Both the position numbers and the translations under genes were made by a program. Positions 25,719 through 32,000 of a DNA stretch of 32,000 nucleotides are shown here, piece by piece (position 1 is the stretch's first letter; each line of letters starts with the position of its first letter). Origin of the DNA: Corynebacterium amycolatum (GTDB taxonomy: Bacteria > Actinomycetota > Actinomycetes > Mycobacteriales > Mycobacteriaceae); assembly GCF_049243625.1 (NCBI RefSeq), contig NZ_CP046975.1; one strand, given 5' to 3'. Below the pieces are notes generated by a model. It saw only the letters and a program-made list of their open reading frames with translations. It made no database searches and was not told the DNA's origin.

Positions 25719-26606
25719 ATGAACATCGAGCAGGCACGTCAGATGACTGAGGGCAAGGGCTTCATCGCCGCTCTCGACCAGTCCGGTGGATCTACCCCGA
25801 AGGCTCTGCGCCTGTACGGCATCAACGAGGATCAGTACTCGAACGAAGATGAAATGTTCGACCTGGTTCACGAGATGCGTACCCGCATCATCACTTCCCC
25901 GTCCTTCAACTCTGAGCAGATTATTGGCGCGATTCTCTTCGAGCAGACCATGGATCGCGACATTGAGGGAATCCCGACCGCTCAGTACCTGTGGGAAAAG
26001 AAGGGCATCGTCCCGTTCCTGAAGACCGACAAGGGCCTGGCAGACAAGGAAAACGGCGTTCAGCTTATGAAGCCGTGCCCGGGCCTGGATGAGCTGCTGG
26101 AGCGCGCTGTCGCTAAGGGCATCTTCGGCACCAAGATGCGTTCCTTCATTGCTGAGGCAAACGAAGAGGGCATCAAGGCCAACATTGCTCAGCAGTTCGA
26201 GTTCGGCAAGCAGGTTCTGTCCCACGGTCTGGTTCCGATTCTGGAGCCGGAGGTCGACATCAACGCTGCTGACAAGGCAGAGGCTGAGGACATTGTCCTG
26301 CGCGAGTTGCTCGCCGGCCTGGATGACCTGGCTGATGACCAGAAGGTCATGATCAAGGTTTCCATCCCCACCAAGGATGACCTTTACAAGCCGCTGATTG
26401 AGCACCCTAAGGTCATGCGCGTCGTTGCCCTGTCCGGTGGCTACGAGCGCGAGGACGCCAACGAGCGCCTGTCCCGCAACCACGGCATGATTGCTTCCTT
26501 CTCCCGTGCACTGTCTGAGGGCCTGTCCGCTCAGCAGTCCGATGAAGAGTTCAACGCAACCATGGCTGAGTCCGTCAAGGGCATCTACGAGGCTTCGATT
26601 TCCTAA
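25719..26606 (+). CDS. fda: Class I (Schiff-base) fructose-1,6-bisphosphate aldolase, Staphylococcus Fda type
   Basis: 295 aa from ATG 25719 (GAAAGGA SD). It shows near-continuous similarity to S. aureus Fda as I recall it ([39 protein letters not shown]...SPSF....[12 protein letters not shown]...G...A.YL...G.VPFLK.DKGLA...NGVQLMKP ... IASFSRAL). Codon usage looks strongly biased, as in highly expressed genes. Confidence 0.92.
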   Translation: MNIEQARQMTEGKGFIAALDQSGGSTPKALRLYGINEDQYSNEDEMFDLVHEMRTRIITSPSFNSEQIIGAILFEQTMDRDIEGIPTAQYLWEKKGIVPFLKTDKGLADKENGVQLMKPCPGLDELLERAVAKGIFGTKMRSFIAEANEEGIKANIAQQFEFGKQVLSHGLVPILEPEVDINAADKAEAEDIVLRELLAGLDDLADDQKVMIKVSIPTKDDLYKPLIEHPKVMRVVALSGGYEREDANERLSRNHGMIASFSRALSEGLSAQQSDEEFNATMAESVKGIYEASIS

Positions 26607-26679
26607 TCGTCTGCTTTGCATCTGCGCTTCGCTGTGCATCTGTGCCTGTGGGTGCCTCTAGGTAGCCGCTAGCGCAACT

Positions 26680-26722
26680 AAAAAAACTCCCGCACCAGGT
26701 TTTCTTGGTGCGGGAGTTTTTT
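26680..26722. terminator. Bidirectional intrinsic terminator between fda and the TRIC-family gene
   Basis: An A7 run (26680-26686) is followed by a 12-bp perfect stem ACTCCCGCACCA (26686-26697) / TGGTGCGGGAGT (26706-26717), then T6 (26717-26722). U-tracts are available on both strands. The T-run overlaps the stop codon of the minus-strand gene. Confidence 0.9.
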
Positions 26723-27338
26723 AATCGCGCCCCTGGTAGTCAAATACCGGCAGCGACCAGCCACGCCACAGCGCCGCTAGTCGAATGAACAGCGCCGACA
26801 GTACAGCGCAGATAATGTTGATGCTCTCGTGCAGGCCAACCATGTCGAGCACGTAGTAAAGCGTCGCCGCGACGACTGCGATGGAGGCATAGAGCTCCTT
26901 TTGGAACACCAGCGGGACGCGGTCACACATCAGGTCGCGGAGCACACCTCCAAACGCACCGGTAAGAACGGCGCCGACAATAGCGATGATGACACCGTGC
27001 CCCATCTCCATGGCCACGCGGGCACCAATGATGGAAAACGCCGACAAACCGATCGCGTCAGCGACCAAGAACACGACTCGGAAGTGCTTCATCAGGAAGT
27101 CAGCCAACAGCACCGTGATCAGTGCTGCACCGACGATAACCAGCAAATATTGTGGGCTTGCAACCCACACCAACGGATAGTGGCCGAGAATGACATCGCG
27201 CAGGGTACCACCGCCGATAGCAGTCATGCACGCAATTGTTGAAACCCCAAAGAGATCCATGCGCATTCGACCGGCCGCTAGTGCGCCGGTGACGCCTTCG
27301 GCCGTAATTCCAATGACCCAGAGGATGTGGAGCAGCAT
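26721..27338 (-). CDS. Trimeric intracellular cation channel (TRIC / UPF0126, YadS-YicG) family membrane protein
   Basis: 205 aa with seven predicted TM segments. Two internal repeats each carry the glycine signature (AIGGGTLRDVILG and GAFGGVLRDLMC) characteristic of UPF0126/TRIC proteins. Confidence 0.85.
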   Translation of the reverse strand: MLLHILWVIGITAEGVTGALAAGRMRMDLFGVSTIACMTAIGGGTLRDVILGHYPLVWVASPQYLLVIVGAALITVLLADFLMKHFRVVFLVADAIGLSAFSIIGARVAMEMGHGVIIAIVGAVLTGAFGGVLRDLMCDRVPLVFQKELYASIAVVAATLYYVLDMVGLHESINIICAVLSALFIRLAALWRGWSLPVFDYQGRD

Positions 27339-27453
27339 GATTAGAAATATAAAGGACTTCGCCCGAATCGGTAGAACTATAGGCTAATATCCCGCAATCT
27401 TCGCTCCCCACTCCTGCTTTCAGCTCGGCTCGCCCCTCTTCATTGCTTCCCAG

Positions 27454-28302
27454 CTAGCCCTGATCGCGAATTTCCAGCACCGGAATCGAGCGGCGAATCC
27501 GTTCCACCTCCGCTATATCAACATCGGCGACAAGCAACTGCGGGCTGTAGCCCGCCGAAGCAATAACCCCACCGTCCGCATTGACCAGCATAGAGTGCCC
27601 CGCGCCGGTCGGCCCCTCATCCTTGCCTGCAGCCTTCGCTCCACCAGGCCGTGCCGCATCAACGGCCGCGATCACGCAAGTGCTGTCCAAGGCACGTGCC
27701 GAAACCAGGGTCTGCCACTGCGTCACCTTGCCCGGACCATCATTCCACGATGCAGGCAGCGCGATGACCTCCGCACCCAGGTTGGCCAGTTGAATGAATT
27801 GCTCCGGAAACCTGATGTCAAAGCATGTCGCAAGGCCGAGGGCGACCGACGATCCGTCGGCAAGCGGGACATCACACACCACGTGCGCGTTGCCCGGCGC
27901 GACGGTATCGGATTCGCGAAACTCGAAAGCGTCGAAGAGGTGGAGCTTGTCGTAGAACTCGACACCGGGGCCGTCCTCATCACGCCAAGCCAGGAGCAGC
28001 GAATTGAAGACGCGGTGCATCGTCTTACCGTCGCGCTCCACCTCATCTGCCGGGCGGAACATGCCGACCACCACGCTGATTCCAGCAACGTGAGCGGCCT
28101 GCGAGATCTCCGCTACGAACTTATCGCTGCTGGACTCCGCCACCACGTCAAGACGACCGGAATTGAACGCCTTCATCGTGGCCTCGGGGAAGACTACCAA
28201 ATCGGCATTTTCCTGTACCGCCCGCGCGATGGTCTCCTTCACTGCGTCTAGATTTTCTTCAACCGATGCTGACAATTCTAACTGAGCCAGTGCAATACGC
28301 AT
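27454..28302 (-). CDS. Carbon-nitrogen hydrolase (nitrilase superfamily) protein
   Basis: 282 aa starting MRIALAQL. Glu of the triad lies in VVFPEATM and the Cys elbow in LATCFDIRFPE. ALPASWN-type C-terminal blocks are present. Confidence 0.85.
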   Translation of the reverse strand: MRIALAQLELSASVEENLDAVKETIARAVQENADLVVFPEATMKAFNSGRLDVVAESSSDKFVAEISQAAHVAGISVVVGMFRPADEVERDGKTMHRVFNSLLLAWRDEDGPGVEFYDKLHLFDAFEFRESDTVAPGNAHVVCDVPLADGSSVALGLATCFDIRFPEQFIQLANLGAEVIALPASWNDGPGKVTQWQTLVSARALDSTCVIAAVDAARPGGAKAAGKDEGPTGAGHSMLVNADGGVIASAGYSPQLLVADVDIAEVERIRRSIPVLEIRDQG

Positions 28303-28341
28303 GCCTAAATGCTACCGACTACCCCGGATTGACTGTCCTGA

Positions 28342-28353
28342 AGTTATCCACAG
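28342..28353 (+). promoter_or_regulatory. 12-bp repeat AGTTATCCACAG containing a perfect DnaA box (TTATCCACA), copy 1
   Basis: TTATCCACA lies at 28344-28352. This copy sits between the arms of a 6-bp inverted repeat GTCCTG (28335-28340) / CAGGAC (28351-28356), 42 bp from the CN-hydrolase start codon. Confidence 0.5.
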
Positions 28354-28381
28354 GACGTCGCCGTGCGTTGCTATCGCTCAG

Positions 28382-28393
28382 AGTTATCCACAG
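28382..28393 (+). promoter_or_regulatory. 12-bp repeat AGTTATCCACAG containing a perfect DnaA box, copy 2
   Basis: TTATCCACA lies at 28384-28392, identical to copy 1 over 12 bp, in the same orientation and exactly 40 bp downstream. It is 54 bp upstream of the ATG at 28446. Confidence 0.5.
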
Positions 28394-28445
28394 TTCGCTG
28401 AAGATGCTCTTCCGCTGCCTTTCGCCACCCAGCAGAATCAAAAAC

Positions 28446-28763
28446 ATGGCCGAACACATCACAGTCAATCCAGCTCAACTATCCGCCTTAAGCCGCTCTT
28501 ACCAGCAGATTTCCACTCGTATTGATGGTCTTTCCACCATCGTCGCAGCTGCCCCGGGAAGTGCCGACCTCACCTCTGCCTTGCCCGGCTCACGGATTGT
28601 CCCCGCTGCCTCCACTACTTGTGGGAAGTGGTCGGAATCATTGCTTGCCGCGTGCACAAACATCGACGTTATTGCGCAGGCTGCCGATGCCCTCGCGGTC
28701 AGCGCTCTCGCGCACGAGCATGACCAGTCCGCCGCCTTGGAAAAACCGTCATGGTCACGGTAG
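28446..28763 (+). CDS. Small (105 aa) predicted all-helical protein, partner of the downstream DUF1023 protein
   Basis: MAEHITVNPAQLSALSRSYQQISTRIDGL... resembles the N-termini of small actinobacterial ESX-associated helical proteins (pattern M..I.V.P..L...). Third-position GC bias is consistent with coding. The stop (28761-28763) overlaps the next ORF's ATG (28751) by 13 nt. No clear SD, so the start is uncertain (ATG 28404 is the alternative). Confidence 0.55.
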   Translation: MAEHITVNPAQLSALSRSYQQISTRIDGLSTIVAAAPGSADLTSALPGSRIVPAASTTCGKWSESLLAACTNIDVIAQAADALAVSALAHEHDQSAALEKPSWSR

Positions 28764-30313
28764 GCGAAGCGCTGCTGTGGCGTGTGGATTCGCTGGAGGT
28801 CCTCGCCCGGGCGCTGCGTTCCGGGGCGCGCGCCCTCACCGATTCCGCCGACAGTTCCCAGGGCGCACTCAACGCGCTTTCAGAGGATGACTTCGCCGGC
28901 GACAACCGCAGCGCCGCCGAGGCTTCTGTCACCCGCAGCTCCACGCGTCTGCGCCGGAGCAGCGTAGCGCTCGAACGTCTCGCCGCCTGCTGCAGCGATA
29001 CCGCCGCCATGCTTAACGACGTCATCCGCGAACTTACCGACGCGGTAAACCAGGCAACCAACCTGGGGTTTCAGGTGAATCTGGTTTCTGGTGCGGTGAC
29101 TCCGCCGGAGGGCATGCTGTCTACGATTGCGCGCAGCCTCGTTCATCCCAAAATTCCTTCCGGGCCTTTCACCATGGCCGAATGGCGTGCAACCTCGCAG
29201 CTTCGGATTCAGTCGGCCTTGGCTGAACTCAACCGACTCGATGAGAAGGCGGCGGACGCAATCTCAGCTCTTTCACCACTGGTGGCAAGCGGAGCTAGTG
29301 GCTCGGGTAGATTGCAGCGATCGCAGGCTGGTAGTGGTACTGGCATCACTAGCGACAAAGGGATTGACGGTGGTTGGGACTTGGAAGTTGGGAGCGGATT
29401 GGCTGGGGCGTATTCGAGTAGCCCGCTATCAGAGATAGATGCCGCCATGTCCACTCGCGCCCGGGCTTTGGGGCTGCCTCCTGGACAACTATTGGAGTCC
29501 TCGCCTGGACATTCTGCGATTGCGTTCGGTGACGTTGAGCGAGCATCGACTGTGATCACTCTCGTCCCCGGTACCAGCTCTAGCGCGGAGGACGCTAGCA
29601 GGCAGTTCGAGCGTGTAGCCGCGACCTTCCACGCCGCCGGTGGAGATCCGGAGGATGTGGCGGTGGTGTTGTTTTCCTATGACGCGCCACCCAACCTCCG
29701 TGAGGCCATACGCACCGAGTATCACAATTTTGCTGCAGAGCGGCTGCAGCACTTGCAAGCCGGTTTGATTGAGCGTTCCGGTGGTGTCGATAGCGGTGAC
29801 ACTGCAATTGCCGGTGGCACTACCGCCCATGCCCAGTCTCCTACTCAGCGGCACGTTGTCGCCGGCTATAGCTATGGGGCGACGGTGGTCTCGCAGGCCT
29901 CTCTTGGTAGTGGCCTCTACGCGGATAGGGTGCTGCTCATAGCTCCGCCAGGTGTTGGCCCTGGACTGGAGCGTGCAAACGACATGAAACTGCTCAAGCC
30001 GGACGGTACAGCCCGACCCGAATATGAAAATAGCCACCGTGTGGCGGTGGCGACGTCCCCGATGGACCCCATTCGTATTCCTGCCGAACTGGGGATTCAT
30101 GGGAAAAACCCGGCGGATAAAGACTTCGGCGCATACACACTCAACCTGAGTGAGCGTGGCCTGTCCATGCGAGACTTGGCCGAATTCATGGTCACTCCCG
30201 TGCAGGATATTCCTCAAAAGTATCGGCACGTTCAGGGCAACCCACACATCGAACACTACTTTGACGATGAAGTTTTCACCCGCGAGACCAACCGGTGGCT
30301 AACTGATAGCTGA
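28751..30313 (+). CDS. Helical (WXG100-like) N-terminal domain fused to a DUF1023 (PF06259-type) alpha/beta-hydrolase
   Basis: 520 aa with no signal peptide or TM. Residues from about 1 to 180 are predicted helical, with a hairpin-like ...EDDFAGDNRSAAEA... turn (FxG in place of WxG). A Gly/Ser linker follows. The C-terminal hydrolase has the nucleophile elbow VVAGYSYGATVV (GxSxG), a candidate Asp in ATSPMDPI and a candidate His in NPHIEHYF, with the block order typical of DUF1023 (AIAFGD...VITLVPGT...). Confidence 0.75.
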   Translation: MVTVGEALLWRVDSLEVLARALRSGARALTDSADSSQGALNALSEDDFAGDNRSAAEASVTRSSTRLRRSSVALERLAACCSDTAAMLNDVIRELTDAVNQATNLGFQVNLVSGAVTPPEGMLSTIARSLVHPKIPSGPFTMAEWRATSQLRIQSALAELNRLDEKAADAISALSPLVASGASGSGRLQRSQAGSGTGITSDKGIDGGWDLEVGSGLAGAYSSSPLSEIDAAMSTRARALGLPPGQLLESSPGHSAIAFGDVERASTVITLVPGTSSSAEDASRQFERVAATFHAAGGDPEDVAVVLFSYDAPPNLREAIRTEYHNFAAERLQHLQAGLIERSGGVDSGDTAIAGGTTAHAQSPTQRHVVAGYSYGATVVSQASLGSGLYADRVLLIAPPGVGPGLERANDMKLLKPDGTARPEYENSHRVAVATSPMDPIRIPAELGIHGKNPADKDFGAYTLNLSERGLSMRDLAEFMVTPVQDIPQKYRHVQGNPHIEHYFDDEVFTRETNRWLTDS

Positions 30314-30370
30314 CCGGCATCTCAGATCAACAGTTGCTTATCCGCGGCCCAAATTAACAAGCCAAGAGAA

Positions 30371-30404
30371 AACGGACTAAGCAGCCGACGCTGCTTAGTC
30401 CGTT
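30371..30404 (-). terminator. Intrinsic terminator of the dnaJ-hspR operon, shared convergent terminator
   Basis: A perfect 15-bp stem AACGGACTAAGCAGC (30371-30385) / GCTGCTTAGTCCGTT (30390-30404) has a 4-nt loop CGAC. On the minus strand it starts 3 nt after the hspR stop and is followed by TTTTCTCTT. Confidence 0.9.
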
Positions 30405-30407
30405 CAA

Positions 30408-30830
30408 TCACCCGTGTGGGTTATCCTCCCCAACACGATCACCTCTGCGCCCGCGCCGCGTGCGCGGCTCCCACATCACCACGGCCGTAGAGCGTGGGAC
30501 GTGAACCAGTTCGCCACGCGAGCGGCGAGCCTGTGCCTTTGCCTGGTAGAGCTGCTCTCTCAGTTCTGCATTTTCCTGCTCAAGCGAATCCACCCTCTCA
30601 GTCAGGTCGATGATGGCCTTAATACCGGCCAGGTTGACGCCGTCTTCCTGACTCAGACGCTGAATCTCACGCAGCAGCGCCACATCGCGTTTAGTGTAGC
30701 GCCGACCTCCGCCGGAGGTGCGCTGCGGAGTTACTAACCCGAGTCGGTCATAATTACGCAGCGTTTGCGCATGCATGCCGGCGAGATTCGCAGCTACGGA
30801 AATGACATAGACCTCAGTGTTGTCGGACAT
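30408..30830 (-). CDS. hspR: MerR-family heat-shock repressor HspR
   Basis: 140 aa from ATG 30830. The MerR HTH is VYVISVAANLAGMHAQTLRNYDRLGLVTPQRTSGGGRRYTKRDVALLREIQRLSQ, followed by a coiled-coil and a basic tail. It lies immediately downstream of dnaJ, with stop and start overlapping as TAATG. This is the canonical dnaK-grpE-dnaJ-hspR arrangement. Confidence 0.93.
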   Translation of the reverse strand: MSDNTEVYVISVAANLAGMHAQTLRNYDRLGLVTPQRTSGGGRRYTKRDVALLREIQRLSQEDGVNLAGIKAIIDLTERVDSLEQENAELREQLYQAKAQARRSRGELVHVPRSTAVVMWEPRTRRGRRGDRVGEDNPHG

Positions 30831-32000
30831 TACTTCGCACCTGCCCAACCCTCACGAGGATTGAACCCGCTAGCACGCTCCGCTTCGACGTAGGAGCGCA
30901 ATGTCGAAGTGGCATTGTCATCCAAATTGGTCGGTACCTTCACGCGCACGGTCACTAGCAGATCACCCGGAGTGCCATTGCGCTTTGGGATACCCCGACC
31001 GCGCACACGCAGTGTTCGGCCATCGGCTGTGCCAGCCGGCACACGCACGCGAATCTTGTCACCCAACGTCGGCACAGTAATGGTGCCGCCGAGTGCGAGT
31101 TCGCCGAAGCTCACCGGCACCGTGACCTCAAGGTCATTGCCGCTGCGGGTGAAGACTTCATCCGGGCGAACATGAACGGTGACAAAGAGGTCACCGGCCG
31201 GACGCCCTCGCAGTCCCGCTTCACCTTGGCCAGCAAGACGAACCTTCTGGCCGTCCACCACCCCTGCGGGGACGCGAACGGTGATGGTACGACGGCGGGT
31301 GGTCACACCGGTGCCGTTACACTGCGAGCAGGGATTCTCAATGCGAGTGCCCTGGCCACCACAGTCCGCACACGGACTGGAGAAGCCGAAGGCCCCCTTT
31401 TGCTCCTTGACATACCCCGAACCGTGACAGGTCGTACACGTCACCGGCGAGGTTCCCGGCGCTGCACCCGAACCATTGCAGTTCGTGCATGGCGACGGGT
31501 TGGTGAGCTGCAGCGGGATGGTGACACCTTGGGCGGCCTCGCGGAAATCGAGCGTAATCTCTGTCTCCACATCCGCACCACGGCGGGCCTTCTGCCGCCC
31601 GGCAGCACCAGCGCCACCATTGCGGTTTACGAAGCCGCCCAGGAAATCACCTAGGCCACCTGCACCACCAGCATTGCCACCGAATCCGGCACCTCCGCCG
31701 AAGAGATCCGACACGTCGAAGTCGAATCCACGTCCACCGGCAGCACCGGCTCCGCCGGCACCTGCGGCACCGGGGAATCGGAAACCACCTGCGAGCGCTG
31801 CACGCAGCTCATCGTATTCGCGGCGCTTGTCCTCGTCACCGACCACCGAGTATGCCTCGGAGATTCGCTTGAACTTATCTTCAGCAGCCTTGTTGCCCGG
31901 GTTCTTATCCGGGTGGTTCTCCCGGGCTAACTTGCGGTAGGCCTTTTTAATCTCGTCGAGTGACGCAGACTTAGAGACGCCCAAGTCAGCGTAATAGTCC
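30830..32000 (-). CDS. dnaJ: Molecular chaperone DnaJ (5' end runs off the window)
   Basis: The J domain (...[35 protein letters not shown]) begins at the window edge. A Gly/Phe/Ala-rich region follows, then four CxxCxGxG zinc-finger repeats ([32 protein letters not shown]) and C-terminal substrate-binding domains. The N-terminal few codons are missing. Confidence 0.96.
   Translation of the reverse strand, partial: DYYADLGVSKSASLDEIKKAYRKLARENHPDKNPGNKAAEDKFKRISEAYSVVGDEDKRREYDELRAALAGGFRFPGAAGAGGAGAAGGRGFDFDVSDLFGGGAGFGGNAGGAGGLGDFLGGFVNRNGGAGAAGRQKARRGADVETEITLDFREAAQGVTIPLQLTNPSPCTNCNGSGAAPGTSPVTCTTCHGSGYVKEQKGAFGFSSPCADCGGQGTRIENPCSQCNGTGVTTRRRTITVRVPAGVVDGQKVRLAGQGEAGLRGRPAGDLFVTVHVRPDEVFTRSGNDLEVTVPVSFGELALGGTITVPTLGDKIRVRVPAGTADGRTLRVRGRGIPKRNGTPGDLLVTVRVKVPTNLDDNATSTLRSYVEAERASGFNPREGWAGAK

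Noticed and set aside
25674-26639. A 321-aa minus-strand ORF spanning the whole aldolase locus.
   Set aside because: It is the mirror frame of the class I aldolase gene, which is almost collinear with S. aureus Fda. The antisense product is a Leu/Val/Gly/Asp-rich sequence with no recognisable motifs. I treat it as a shadow ORF.
28335-28393. The idea that the paired DnaA boxes mark a replication origin.
   Set aside because: Only two strong boxes are present. There is no adjacent AT-rich unwinding element and no dnaA, dnaN, rpmH or parAB context. The surrounding synteny (clpB, dnaJ-hspR) is not an oriC neighbourhood in related genomes. I kept it as a regulatory or titration-site hypothesis instead.
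28266-28445. The N-terminal extension of the small ORF back to 28266, as given in the ORF track (165 aa).
   Set aside because: The extension overlaps the divergent CN-hydrolase start codon and runs through the promoter and DnaA-box region. Its translation (…LKLSTGRRRALLSLRVIHSSLKMLFRCLSPPSRIKN) looks non-coding. The ATG at 28446 gives a compact 105-aa helical protein.
212-30256. Other long antisense or overlapping ORFs in the track: 212-1294(-), 2850-3674(+), 3767-4789(+), 9789-10304(-), 9904-10617(-), 12321-13082(+), 14463-15242(+), 17927-18656(+), 22771-23676(+), 24833-25510(+), 27595-28251(+) and 29489-30256(-).
   Set aside because: Each lies opposite to, or out of frame with, a gene that has clear family motifs. 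Their translations are Arg/Pro/Ser/Ala-rich with no motifs, and none has a convincing SD. This is typical of stop-codon-poor frames in roughly 60% GC DNA.
1-32000. Search by eye for tRNA, rRNA or tmRNA genes, CRISPR arrays, IS elements, transposases, integrases, prophage blocks and known riboswitch cores in all intergenic regions over 60 bp.
   Set aside because: I found no cloverleaf-compatible GTTCGAATC-type T-arm context, no regularly spaced repeat-spacer array, no transposase or integrase ORF, and no terminal inverted repeats. The only mobile-type gene is the DUF222-HNH protein. Covariance-model tools (tRNAscan-SE, Infernal/Rfam) would be needed to exclude small RNAs formally.

Overview
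High-GC actinobacterial chromosome. Gene order (purA ... DUF3151 ... GH76 ... SpoU methyltransferase ... pyrE ... sulfurtransferase ... clpB ... hspR-dnaJ), codon usage and McbR- and HspR-type operators point to Corynebacterium or a close relative (Mycobacteriales). I support 29 protein-coding loci, including one decayed gene, and found no tRNA, rRNA, CRISPR array or transposase. Core genes: FprA-type ferredoxin-NADP reductase, Gpt-like phosphoribosyltransferase, purT, nucleoside hydrolase, purA, pyrE, clpB, class I fructose-bisphosphate aldolase, hspR and a 5'-truncated dnaJ. Accessory or envelope genes: a GDPD lipoprotein, two tandem LppP/LprE-like paralogs, a DUF1707/LiaF-like protein, a FUSC-type membrane protein, YhhN, a TRIC channel, a CN-hydrolase and a 679-aa largely disordered membrane-anchored protein. 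Items most worth a second look: (1) a translationally coupled pair at 28446-30313, a 105-aa helical protein plus a 520-aa protein with a WXG-like helical N-domain fused to a DUF1023 alpha/beta-hydrolase, which may be a secreted lipolytic effector module; (2) two identical 12-bp repeats carrying perfect DnaA boxes (TTATCCACA) in the promoter region of that pair; (3) a two-domain rhodanese whose catalytic Cys position is Ser; (4) two perfect McbR operators upstream of fprA; (5) a HAIR operator with a SigH-like promoter upstream of clpB, in the same window as hspR; (6) a class I aldolase where the conserved class II fba slot appears empty; (7) a DUF222-HNH selfish-type gene beside a gutted SDR pseudogene. 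All homology calls rest on motif recognition by eye and recall, because no searches were run.
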